Below, piece by piece: positions 39,237 to 52,600 of a stretch of 64,000 bases of DNA. The stretch is from Polymyxa betae A26-41 (taxonomy: Eukaryota > Protista > Endomyxa: Phytomyxea), in contig RBZT01000261.1 in NCBI GenBank assembly GCA_003693705.1, forward strand, positions 29,667 to 93,666. The letters are read 5' to 3'. Every line of letters begins with the position of its first letter. The stretch's first letter is position 1. Position numbers and translations under genes: made by a program. The notes beneath the pieces were generated by a model. That model was not told the origin of the DNA. It did no database searches and saw nothing but the letters and a program-made list of their open reading frames with translations.

Positions 39237-41624
39237 AGGATCGCTATTGATGAGTTATCGTACATGCAGAAATGTTGAGGTCTTGGAATATTGCTATAAA
39301 CAGACAATTCCAATTGTTACTGGATGGCGTTACGTTCAATCAATGGTTGTACTTACAGATATTGATATATGGTCAGTTTCATGCTAATGACATCAATGTG
39401 ATATGTGACAATCTCACCCAAGACTTGAGTTCGTTCTTCATTATAATCGTCGCAATCGGGACTGTTTTTGCTGTGATTACCATTCTACCTTGATTAGATT
39501 TGTCGCTCGGTTTGCATTTTCAGTTGATCATCTGTTAGATCTTTTTTTGTTTATCCGCAGATAGATCATGGTCTATAACTGCAATTTGGCGTGATAATCG
39601 TTTCGTGACCAATAAAGCTAGAACCATCTGTTCTAATCGAAATTATACATAATCTTGGTATGTTGTTCAACAAAGATATCTCTAAGAATCTCTACATCTG
39701 TATTAATCCATAGGGAGTTTGATTATGTTTATGTCACATTGATAGTCTGGGAAATATTTGTGGTTGGTTTGTCTCGTATCAATCGATCTTGGAATACTAG
39801 CAGCAATATGAGAATGGTAATATATCTGCCTTTAAGAATATGTGTGACATTGCTTCCTGCACCAAGTACCGCCTTGTTCGCATTCTTCAGGGGGCGACTT
39901 CCGGTAGATCATGTTTATGGATGTCATTACAAGAACAATGATGTGTCGTTGTTGAAAGATCGCTATCAGACACAGTAAGTTCGCTAAATGAACAGTTAAT
40001 GCTCGCCTCTATCAGTTTCCGCAACACGCCGCTTCCATCAAAATAGAAGGCAACGGCTTCTGACAATCCGTTCGAATTTGACGAATATTAGCTCCATGAT
40101 AAATGTCGTCCTTGACATACTGGCCAGCTGGCCTTCATAGGTGTTAACAGGTAGTAGATCTGAGACAGCTGGGCTTCAACAAAACAGGCTGCAAGAAGAC
40201 ACAGCACCATATCATCAGAATTAGGTGCACGAGGCTCAGAGAAAAAAACGATGCAAAGAAAGGTTCGAGGCATAAATTCAGCTCAGGACGTAAAGCTATG
40301 GGCTGGTATAAAAATCATGATCAAATGATAGAGGTATCCAAATAGAGAGTTTCTGATCATAGATAGTACAAATCAGCCGCCAATCGATATTTAATCCATT
40401 CCCCGAATTCGCCCCTGTCGATCTCTGTATTGTTGGAAGCTATTGATAGTGATTTCATTGGCTGCGAAGTCGTCTGCTCGCTTCGACCCGTCGGACTACA
40501 GACAATTTGCTGCTCGTGGAATAAGTGGTGACCAATTTTATGGGCGGCGGTAAACACGACAGCTTCATTTGGATCTCGCTTTGCAATGGGTTTCAATACT
40601 CAGATTACATCAGCAGGAATCATGATATCATCAGATCATTGTCTGTCGCTCATTGCATAAGGGTCACTATTGCTAACATGTTGACCGCCGATTATACGAA
40701 TCAGCGACAGACAATCTTGAAGAATTGCTCGAGCTCAGTCGATATTCTCCTTAATTGGTTCATTTGCAAATGCAGCAGGATTATGATAGCACTCAATTTG
40801 TCTACAATACCTGACATAAACTGTTACAGGTATAACGTTGTACCTGTGAAATGAAGGTATCTTTCTTTAGAACGAAACAGAAGGCCCGAGCTTTCCAAAA
40901 GTGTTTTATTACTAATGCATACAAATTCTTCAAACAGCTAAAGTGCCTTATCCAAAGTCGCAATTTAGCCTTTGCAGGGTTTTCAATGTACAGAAATTGG
41001 GCTAATCGATTAATGCAACGAAGAAAGCTATCAGAATACAGGTACACAGTTTATCAAGTACAAACGTTGATACCTACATAAATACTTCAATGATTGGGTA
41101 AAGCAATAAGTATGGAATTGAGTGCACAGAACGTCTAGCGATACATTCAAGTCTATGGATCGCTATTTTAGCAATGAAATCTGCAAGATTTGCTCCTATC
41201 AAACGACGCCCGATTGGCCAGCTGAACCTGGTTAAGTGAGATTCAATATCCAGCGATATATCATTGGTTACAGACTTCATTTGGCGTTTTCTCTCACCCG
41301 TTGAGTGAAGAAAGTTCAAACTCTGAATTGACAACTATGCTTTTGGACATTAATACGAGAGATATGTCTGTGCAAACTAAGAGAATATGTCGCTTATAAT
41401 CGGCTACAGTGTAACCATGTTAATATTCAGAATTCGTTTTCAACTGGTACTAGAGAGATCTTTATTCGGCAGAATATCTTGTCAAGCTGCAGTCGAATGG
41501 AAATGCATGTCTAGAAACCGTAAAATCAATGAAATATCTGATGGTTGGCTCGGCTCCGAAATTTAATATCTTTGGCTTGTTTATGACGATCTCATACAGC
41601 ATTAACTTTTTAAAGAATTTCAAT

Positions 41625-43252
41625 ATGATGTATCATATGCAGACAATCCCAATTATCTTCTGCATATTGGCCATCGAGATCAACGCAAACAAGAACGATG
41701 GCCGATGTGGACCTAATTTCGGCAGCAATGGATGTCCAAAGAACTTTTGGTGAGAACATTATCTCAACATCATCATCAAATTGTTAAAAATTGTTTCAGC
41801 TGCTCGAGTTTTGCTTATTGTGGTAATACACCAAATCATTGCCGGGATCACACGACACCATTTATCCGATCTGATGGATACTGTGGGAAACATTATGATG
41901 ATGGAATTTGTCCAATCGGCAGTTGTTGCTCTAAGAAAGGTACTAGTAGATGTATCAGTATTGAGCCATTCCTAAACCAATCCCGTAACAGGAATCTGTG
42001 AGACATGTGTGTCTGTATCATCTATCAGTACCAGTAATAGATTGACACTCTCGCCTGCATATTCATTCCAGCGTCTCATAACCACGTTATCAACGACACC
42101 AGCTTCATTGCCGACACCAGCACCGACACCAGCTTCAACGCCATCTCCAACTCCGGCTCCTACGCCAACGCCTGCTCCGACTCCATCTCCAACACCATCT
42201 CCATCTCCAGCATTACAGTCAAGCCCAGCTCCAACATCATATATCCGTTCGGATGGACGTTGTGGTTCTATATTCGGTAATGCAGTGTGTGTTCCAGGTG
42301 AATGCTGCTCAGAATGGAGTATGTTGATTAAACGATATTAAGACATATATCATTACTAATATCTGCTTATAGATTATTGTGGATCGGGAGATGGATTTTG
42401 CACAACCTCATCTTCAGCATTATCCACATTGCTCACTAAAGCCATGTTCAACTCGTTGTTGAGCATCGATCCCAGCTGTGAAGGTCCACCTAAATACACA
42501 TACGATAATTTGTTGCAGGCGGCAGCTGCCTATCCAACATTCGCTAATCAAGGCTCGTTGGACAATAGAAAGCGTGATATAGCCGGATTTCTGGCTCATG
42601 TATTACATGAATCTGGCTCCTTATGCTATATCAATGAACTCGCACCGAGTGTAAGCTATATCCCAATTGAGGGCCAGTATGTCCACCCTCTGATATTCAG
42701 CTACTAGACACCGGCGACATATTGTGCTCCATCAGATCAATACCCGTGTTATCCAGGAGCAGATTATCATGGTCGCGGACCATTCCAGCTAACATGGGTA
42801 TCAAATTACTGATTTTATCAACTTGTTTTTCGAATATTTTGCCTGATGTGGATATTGATGTCGTGATGGTGTAGAATTACAATTATATCGAGTTTGGTAA
42901 GATATTAACACCAGAACAAGCCATAGCTATCTATCGCACACCAGATACATTGGGCAATGATGGTCAACTTCTATTTCGTGCTGCATTCTGGTTCTACATG
43001 ACATCTAAAGCTAAGGGAAATATGCATGATTTAATGATTGCAGCTTCCCCAAATTTCGGTGCAACCATTAATATCATCAATGGTATTAAATCTAGGAATG
43101 ATTGTCTAGTTCGAGTTTGTTACAACGGGTTTCATTCAGGTGGATTAGAATGCAATGGCAAGAATCCGGCCCAGGTTAATAGCCGTGTTCAACGATATTT
43201 GAAGTTATGTAATATGCTGGGTGTCAGTACTGGTGACTTACTTTACTGTTGA
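41625..43252 (+). CDS. Secreted GH19 chitinase with three CBM18 modules; paralog 2
   Basis: Same exon structure and motifs as paralog 1 ([47 protein letters not shown]), with a PT/PS linker. Confidence 0.92.
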
Positions 43253-43620
43253 GGCAAGATCAGCAAAGTGCTGTTGAACGCAATTCCTTTCTCTTCGACA
43301 ATTTTGTTATTCTGTTATAAACAGATTAGATTTGTTAGCAAGTCAGCTGTAGTTCAACAATACCTAGTTCGACTGTAGTGGACTGCATGAAAAAACTGCC
43401 CAGATTTCTTCGCACTTGATACAGTACAATCGAAAATTTGAATTTTCAACTTGAGGGTGTTGGTCCCCTGTTACGCAATTTTGTAATAATGTGAAACACA
43501 ATTAGTCCGCACTGTGCCTACTGGTACCTATTTATTGCTTATTATTATAAATATAATACGTACTCGTAGTTCTTAAGTTGCAAACAAGCAAGGGACATCT
43601 GCCAAATACATTAATATCAA

Positions 43621-44967
43621 ATGGATGATGGTCATATCGAGATCGTATCAATTCGTGATGCAGATCACGATTTGCAATTACGTCTGATTGATGGCGCCGC
43701 CAACTTCCTCAGCCGTGTCTGGCCACAGATTTCTTATCAAGTTCGTTCACTGCAAATCAAGCAGGTGGTCGCCTCCAGCGCCGGATTCGTCTTGATATCA
43801 CATCACTGTCATAATGTTATTGGGGTCGCCAAACTCCAACCTCTACATCGCTCATTTCGTGATCCTGTCGCGTATCTCACCTGTTTTCTAATTCACGACG
43901 ATTACAAAGGGCAAGGGTTAGGACGTCGAATGTATTCTGAGGTCGAACAACATGCTCTGGCACTGAATTATGTTCGAATATTTCTCGAAGCTGACCAAGC
44001 CTTACAATTTTGGTCACGACTCGGTTTTTCATCATGTCCGAAACCTCGAGAATTAATTAAATCATCACGATTAAGTGCAGTCTCACAGCAGACCCTGGAA
44101 AGGCTATTCGGACAGAAAGCGTCGGAACTACTACTGACCCCACGAGGTTGGATGACGAAAGCCATTGTCGAAGATCGCGGATTTGTTAACAACGACAGCG
44201 ATTGGTGGCAGGCTGAAATCGAACGGTTAACACCTCGTGGTCCTTCGACAAAAGTTGGGATTGCGTTCAAGATGGCTTCCACCCAGCAGGTTGGACCAAG
44301 TTGTGGTCTGGCAGCTCTCAGAATGGCAGCTCAGCCAATGCAACAACCCATCTGCTTCAAAATTGATAATGATGTGTACCGGGCCATCCCAAGTGACGAT
44401 GTTGTCAAAGTGCTAAATAGATACATGGACAATGACAATCTAGATGATTTCCTGATTGAATTGCCAGAGAGCAAGATAGGTCATAATCATCAATCAACTT
44501 CATTGTTATCAACAGCCATATATATGGGTTATACATATCGAGGTGAGATGTTCAATGCAATTCATTTAGCACATCTAGGACGGGTATACTACCCCCAACA
44601 TACCATTACCTGCATTAAGAAGTCCCTCCAAATCTCCGATATTCTTGCATGTATCATCCAGGGCAAGCGCATCCTCATCGCCTACGATCGATCTGCAGCC
44701 AATCACGAACCCGCCTTCAACCGCGCCAATTCTGCCCATTGGCTAGTCGTCGTTGGCGCCATCATCACCGATCTCGGCACGGTTGACGTCGTGGGCCAGC
44801 ACGGCATGAGCCAGCGGCCGCTGATCGTGCCGGCCCAGAATCTGCTGCGATCGAACGCTCAACTGACGGGACCGCTAACCGATCCGACATCGTATAAGCT
44901 GGACCAGGATGGTATTCAACTATGCGATTATATGGTGACTATATACGAGAATTACAATGTTGATTAA
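43621..44967 (+). CDS. Fusion of an NAA80-like GNAT acetyltransferase and an ACTMAP (C19orf54)-like actin maturation protease
   Basis: Single 448-aa ORF. GNAT half: [31 protein letters not shown]. Protease half: [57 protein letters not shown]. Confidence 0.85.
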   Translation: MDDGHIEIVSIRDADHDLQLRLIDGAANFLSRVWPQISYQVRSLQIKQVVASSAGFVLISHHCHNVIGVAKLQPLHRSFRDPVAYLTCFLIHDDYKGQGLGRRMYSEVEQHALALNYVRIFLEADQALQFWSRLGFSSCPKPRELIKSSRLSAVSQQTLERLFGQKASELLLTPRGWMTKAIVEDRGFVNNDSDWWQAEIERLTPRGPSTKVGIAFKMASTQQVGPSCGLAALRMAAQPMQQPICFKIDNDVYRAIPSDDVVKVLNRYMDNDNLDDFLIELPESKIGHNHQSTSLLSTAIYMGYTYRGEMFNAIHLAHLGRVYYPQHTITCIKKSLQISDILACIIQGKRILIAYDRSAANHEPAFNRANSAHWLVVVGAIITDLGTVDVVGQHGMSQRPLIVPAQNLLRSNAQLTGPLTDPTSYKLDQDGIQLCDYMVTIYENYNVD

Positions 44968-45079
44968 GTGGACCGTATCAAATGTAAAGGTCCGGAGAGG
45001 GCCAAACCCACCACCAACCTTCATCGTCTCACACCATCCCCGTACTGGCCCGGTCCAGGAAAATACTTGTGAGTGTGTC

Positions 45080-46583
<1,504 letters not shown>

Positions 46584-46610
46584 TGCTGAGAGCCAGTACG
46601 TCCCATATTA

Positions 46611-47804
46611 CTAACACAATGTATAACATTTTTCGATATGAATGTCGGGTGTAACCGACGATCGAACAAGATTGATATCAAATGTGATATCGAGTAGACG
46701 ATGTGATTCCGAATTTGGTCCAATACGGACGACGCCCCGAACGTGATCGCTTTGATCAACCCGCCATCCTTGACTGTCAAGGAAGAACACCGTCTGCTTC
46801 CAATGTGTCTCGGGATCGTCAGGCGATGTTCCCAGTCGTACCGATCCGTTGGGAAACTCGACATCAAACCACAGGCAGAGACCGTGAAATATATCACGAG
46901 TGGTTATCTGCAGATCAAATGTCGTTTGAATTTGTTGAATATGATGACGATTAGCTGGCTGTGTTGTTAGATCTATAGTACGGAGACAGAATGATTGACC
47001 AATAATATCCTCCTGATTCAGAGACATGATCTGTGCATCATCCAGGCGTTCTGCTATAAGTCTATATAGTGCTGATAGATCTACACCATACATTGGAAGT
47101 TGCCATGGTGTCAACGTCTCCTCAATGAAGGTAGTGCCCGAGAACGGAGCTACGTGAAGTCGAGCTTTACATGGAAAGATGAGTCCACCTGGGCGAAGAA
47201 AGCGATCTCGGGCGATCAGAACGGATTCCAGCATTGATTCGAATAGTAATGCATAACCTAAATAGGGATTAAAATCAAGACTCGAATCCATAATTAAATG
47301 TATTACCCATCCATTCAGATATGATGATATCTACTGTATCAACACCAGGCAATGACTTTACATCTTCTACACGCTCGTTGATCAAGGTCACACGATCTCT
47401 GACTTTGTTATCTCTTAGGACCTGCTCATTGTCAACCGATGATTGTGTTTAACGATCTCCTATTGATACGGACCTGATCAGCGACCTGAAGCAGTCCATC
47501 TGCAGCATCAATGGCGAACACATGAGCAGCTCCAGCTTTAAGTGCAAATAATGTAAGAACACAGCTCAGACCACATCCTACATCTAGTACAATCTTGGCC
47601 TGGAATCTATCATGACAATGCTGAATGGCGTTCTGATAGGCGATAGTTCGTGATTCATCTAGGAGCATCTCCTACACCATTTCAATAGATGTCAGGATCT
47701 GTACCCAGAAGACCTACCTCATGGATGTCCACTGATGAATATAGAGCGAAATAATCACCATCGTCTTTGAAGGCGCCAGACGATCGCTGCCTTTTCCGTG
47801 ACAT
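46611..47804 (-). CDS. Type I protein arginine methyltransferase (PRMT6-like)
   Basis: YFALYSSVDIHE|EML.D..RT.AY, VLDVGCG, DIIISEWMG|YALLFESML and the THW loop ETHWKQTVF. Confidence 0.92.
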
Positions 47805-48493
47805 TTACTGGAAGTTTTTAACAGAGTTCCATCTGATCAATTGCGTGGAACTTTCGCAGAACAGGATCAAGTTATTATAACAATAATCATCAAAGTTCTA
47901 CAACGGGAGAAGAGCAACGATTAATACAGTCGCTGTAAGTTTAAGCGGAATTAACGGATGGATGGAAGTCGGAACGCCAGAAATGGAATTGTGCTGGAGG
48001 TGACCACGCCGACCGCTGATTAAATTCAAGCGATTCGACGATTCCATTCCATAATATTTAAGGTGAAGTCGCGAAAAGTCCCCATTAAGATTGAGAAGTG
48101 TCGACTTTTTATTAGATAGAGAGAATATATCATGAATGTCTGACCAAATGGAGGCCATGCAGATATAGATCGTTCAACGCCTAACAAGGCCTGACCGAAT
48201 CTGGCATGGTACTATGAGATCAAGTATTAGTATTGGACATCGCCTGTCAAACGCAAGCACCAGACGAAACGAAAACCGTTTCAAATCAGCACCAGACAAA
48301 ATGGCAACTTGAATACGTTATCATAGAACGCGACGTCCAAAACCCGATCACACATAGAGGAGAGCGATCCGGATTTGAATGCGGTCGTACCCGAACTTCG
48401 GATTCCGAACAGCGCAGATTCAGATCAACGAGATCATGACGCAAGTAGCGACATTCAATATATGGAACATGCGCTAATGTATTTTCTGCAAAA

Positions 48494-49396
48494 TTACTGG
48501 AAATCAGATTCATTGGTACCAGCAGGTTCGAGGTCGTCTAGATCGTTCTGGACCTGATCCGCAACACCACTGACAGCGTCCTCCATCTGGTCTGTGACGC
48601 CTTTCACGGCGCTCTCCACTTGCTCGGATAAACCACCGACGACGTCCTCCATTTGGCTGCTTACAGAGTCGGTAACTTCCTGGACGCGAGCTGAGACTTC
48701 TTCTTGGACACTGGCGATCTGATCCTGTACGGCGTCCTTGGCGGCTTGAACTTGGTTCTCGACCGCATCCTGAACGGCACTTTGAATGCTTTCGAGCGGC
48801 TCTTTAACAACCTCTAGCAGACGTTCATGGGCAGATTCCACATACTCATCAACATCCAGATATGTTCTCGCTTTTTCACCGATGCTTGTCACAACCGATG
48901 ATAGAACCAGATTTGCTGCGAATGTGGCAGCGTGACCAATTCGACCTAGAATCGTTATGCTATCATCATCGACGTCCCCATCGTCGGTATCCATGCCCAT
49001 TTCCTTCCGGGTTTGGCTGGCTTTATCGGAAATCAAGTTACTGGCACGGTTGCTGATCGCACCAAACGAGAATCCATCGGCGAATAGATCGGTCTTGGTA
49101 TAGAGATAGACACCAGCCCCAACAGTAATTGCAGTAACCCCAATGCCTGCAATCCATAAGGTTGTTCGCGACATTGGCGGAACGGGCTTGCATTCCTCCC
49201 CGCCGTCTCCATCGGTTTCGATGTCTTCACACTGCTGGGCGATTAAGGGTTCAGATTCTGGCGTCAGATCGCCGGAAACTTGACCGGCTTCTTCGATGAT
49301 ATCGTTGAGGGTGGCGACTGTCTGCACTAATTGCTGGGTGGCATCAGTTAGCAACTGCTTGACTTCTTCGAGGGGAACGCCGGCTTCGGTTGTCAT
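48494..49396 (-). CDS. Intronless acidic protein with one TM segment and C-terminal 11-residue amphipathic repeats
   Basis: 300-aa ORF with TM LWIAGIGVTAITVGAGVYLY and repeats such as QMEDVVGGLSE/QVESAVKGVTD/QMEDAVSGVAD. Confidence 0.75.
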   Translation of the reverse strand: MTTEAGVPLEEVKQLLTDATQQLVQTVATLNDIIEEAGQVSGDLTPESEPLIAQQCEDIETDGDGGEECKPVPPMSRTTLWIAGIGVTAITVGAGVYLYTKTDLFADGFSFGAISNRASNLISDKASQTRKEMGMDTDDGDVDDDSITILGRIGHAATFAANLVLSSVVTSIGEKARTYLDVDEYVESAHERLLEVVKEPLESIQSAVQDAVENQVQAAKDAVQDQIASVQEEVSARVQEVTDSVSSQMEDVVGGLSEQVESAVKGVTDQMEDAVSGVADQVQNDLDDLEPAGTNESDFQ

Positions 49397-49634
49397 CGTA
49401 TTAGATAAGAAGCTATTCTAAAACTGAATTCATTCAGGCCTTGAAGGTCTTGGATTTCGTGTTTTAGACTGATCTGGACGAACGATTTCTCGGAAGCTAA
49501 ACGGAATCAAGGCGTCATTGTCTTTTTGGTTCTGGCACTATTGACCATAAATCAGGTAAATTTATGCATGAATAAAGAATCGATAAATTGTTTGATAAAT
49601 TATAGCTTGCCACAGAATGCGACAGGTTTAAGAA

Positions 49635-52600
49635 TTAGCGAGGGGAGATTGCTGCAGAGTTCTGAGCCTCTGCACAATTTCGTCAAATGACGGCCTTGTA
49701 TTGGGATCAGTAGCCCAGCAGTTTTCAATGAGTTTTCTGATGTCTGCTGGTGTATCTTCGGAAATGATAGGTCTCAGATTCTGTGTCACTACTGCAACAC
49801 TGACCTAGGAATCGTCAAAATCAATGATGTGATTACCGCCCAAGTACCTGGACACCGTTCATCCCTTCAAAAGGAATCTTCCTGGCAGCCAGCTCCCACA
49901 GAATTATCCCAAAGCTGTAGACATCGGCCTTCTCAGTGTACTTTTCATTGCTGACAACTACCAGGGTTATTTGTAACAAGAAATAAGAAAACAGATCAAA
50001 CCCACCCTCAGGTGCCATCCATTGAAATGTACCACATTGTCCGGTCATTGTAACATGCTGAGTTTTCACTCGTGACAAACCAAAATCAGATACTTTCACT
50101 CCATAATGCTTATCAAGCTGAACAGATGAATTACGGCTATCTGAATGCCAGTATTGCAACGTACCAGAAGATTAGCGCTTTTCAAATCGCGATGTATAAT
50201 GCGGCTGTGATGTAGAAAGTTGACCCCGGTAGCTGTGTCGACAGCCATCTTAAGGCGCATCTTCCACGTTAATTTAACATTCGTATTATGCAGCAAATCG
50301 AATAAGCTCATTTGCAACAACTCGGTTACCATCATCAGGTTTGGTGGGACAGTACATGCTCCCATAAACATGACAACGTTCGGGTGTCGAAGATTCCTAC
50401 ATAAAGATGACGTTTTAGACGGTGGTCATTTCAAAACAGAACTGTTTTCACTTGAGTAACGCGACTTCTTTCCGAAACTCCAATAAAGTGTTCGCGCTTT
50501 GTTTCTGCATTAGAAGCTTCTTCACAGCTACCTCAGTACCACGCCATTCTCCTTTAAAAACCTGCGTTGTAAGCTTAGATATCAATCAGCAATTCAGTAG
50601 TCTTCATACTTCAGCAAATCCTCCAATACCAATTCGATCGCACATCTTGACTTCATCGGCCGGTATTTCCCCTTCCCCAAAAGCCGAATCAAACGAATCA
50701 TGGCTTGCGTCTGTTGAAAAGCCGGACTGATTGTGACAACACTCAGATAAATAAAAAGCATGCTCAAAGCATTACATCAGTTATGGAAGCTGATCGAGGC
50801 TCAATAGTAAGTGCAGAAGATGGACTCGATGGTCCCAGCCTTGGACTCTGCTGTGCTTTGAAGCTTCTCTCAATAACAGCAAAAGGATTGTTCAGGTCCT
50901 CTTCTTTCGTAACAGTGATCTCGATATTAGGCTTTGATGATTCCTGTGAAAAGCTTATAAGAGCAACAAAACCTCTCTGTTTTGATATACCCGAACAATT
51001 TTAGCCCGTTCAGATTCGCCCAAAACAGGAGCTAGTTTTCTATCGAAAGGAGACGATTTTGCAGTGATAACTGATGGCGAACCGGCCACCTTAAAGTTGC
51101 AAAAATAAGAATTAACATACTCCGAAGCAAAGAACGAACTGACACACCTCGTTATTAGAAGTCGGTTTGGAATTCGGAGTCCATTCCACTGTATCAGAGC
51201 AGCTCCAATCGAATTCGTTTGCAAATACATTCCAGTCCGCATGACTTGAATTCCTAGTTCTGAACACAACCGAATCAGTAAGAATGGAGCATTAATATAC
51301 TTGAGAACTTTAGCCTAATGTTAGGAGCTCCTTGTTGAGCCCACGAATAGGAGCGCTTTATAGTGGTCACAGGCGACGCTGGCGAAGACGAGCTTGTAGT
51401 AGGTAAACATGGACTTAGCACATTGATCGGCACATCATTAGGGGTGCCAGAGCCATGCATAAGATTTTCAAATATGTTTTGAAGATTGAAATCAGAAGAC
51501 TGAGCTACTTTGTGAGCAGCGGGCGCAGTGGCTGATCGCGAATCATTATGGCTTCGAGGATGATGTGTTCCGCTCCGTGAGGCGGCTTCCAGAAGCAGAA
51601 CAAACTGAGATCGAAGCTCTTCACAATATTCAATATTTTTGGACGCCTGCCCTGGAACATTGGAGGGCGGTGGATAAACCGAAGTATTCATTGACAGTTC
51701 AGTGACTGTTTTCGGCAATTCCGGGAACCCTTGCAGAATCGAGACCAAAGCAGATTTCGAAGCTCGGTGCATCAAAGCCTGGAAGCGCGAAAAAAACGAA
51801 TCGTAAAGACGTTTAGTATCGCTGACATCAGTACGATGTAAAGAGCAACAATCCATAATTATTCCCAACAGAAAGTTCACTGTTGAGAAGATCCCAAACA
51901 GATCATCTAAGACCGGGACCAGAATTGATTCCCTAAATAGCAAATGTTGTTTGGTAGGACCGATCCCGCTAATACCCATTGCTAGAAATCCGCAAGCGAT
52001 GAGTTGAAGACCCAGTTCCAGCATCTTCTGTACAACGTCAAAGCACCTGGCGAACCAGAAATCAACACGGAATCCTGAGTAATGATTCTGGCGTGCTTCA
52101 AGTAGATACGTTGACATACTGAAGTTACATTCGAAAACAAAAGATTCACGAAGGAAGAGCAGTCGCTGTTCCAACAATAGTGCATACGCAACTAAAGTTT
52201 GAGACAACCAGGGGTCAATTTCGGTTTGCTGAATCTGCCATCGTTCTGCAATTGTCAACAAAAACGAGCGATGCTGCATCAGTTCAGACGTTAATGAAGC
52301 GGGTCCTTCTTGCATAAGCCTGTGAATGAGCTGCAAGGACTTGTATGCAGCAACGCCGTTATTAAAAACTGGCTGCTTCAGTAGGAAGTCGAACAATGCA
52401 GGGAGAACCTCTGATGAAGGAGCACCTTGCCTCTCCCAAGCTAATATGACTAGACGTCTTACGTATTTGGCCTTGGGTGGCACTAATTTTAGTACGAGTG
52501 CTTTGGAAGCCCAACGAGTGACATCGGCAGCAACTTTGGACAGTGACTGAGTTCTCGGAGACGATGGATTAGACGATGGATTGCTATGTATATCCTGGCT

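Noticed and set aside
50955-51269. Independent 104-aa ORF between the ANTH and TKL regions
   Set aside because: Better explained as two exons in different frames plus a 58-nt intron of the dual-kinase gene.
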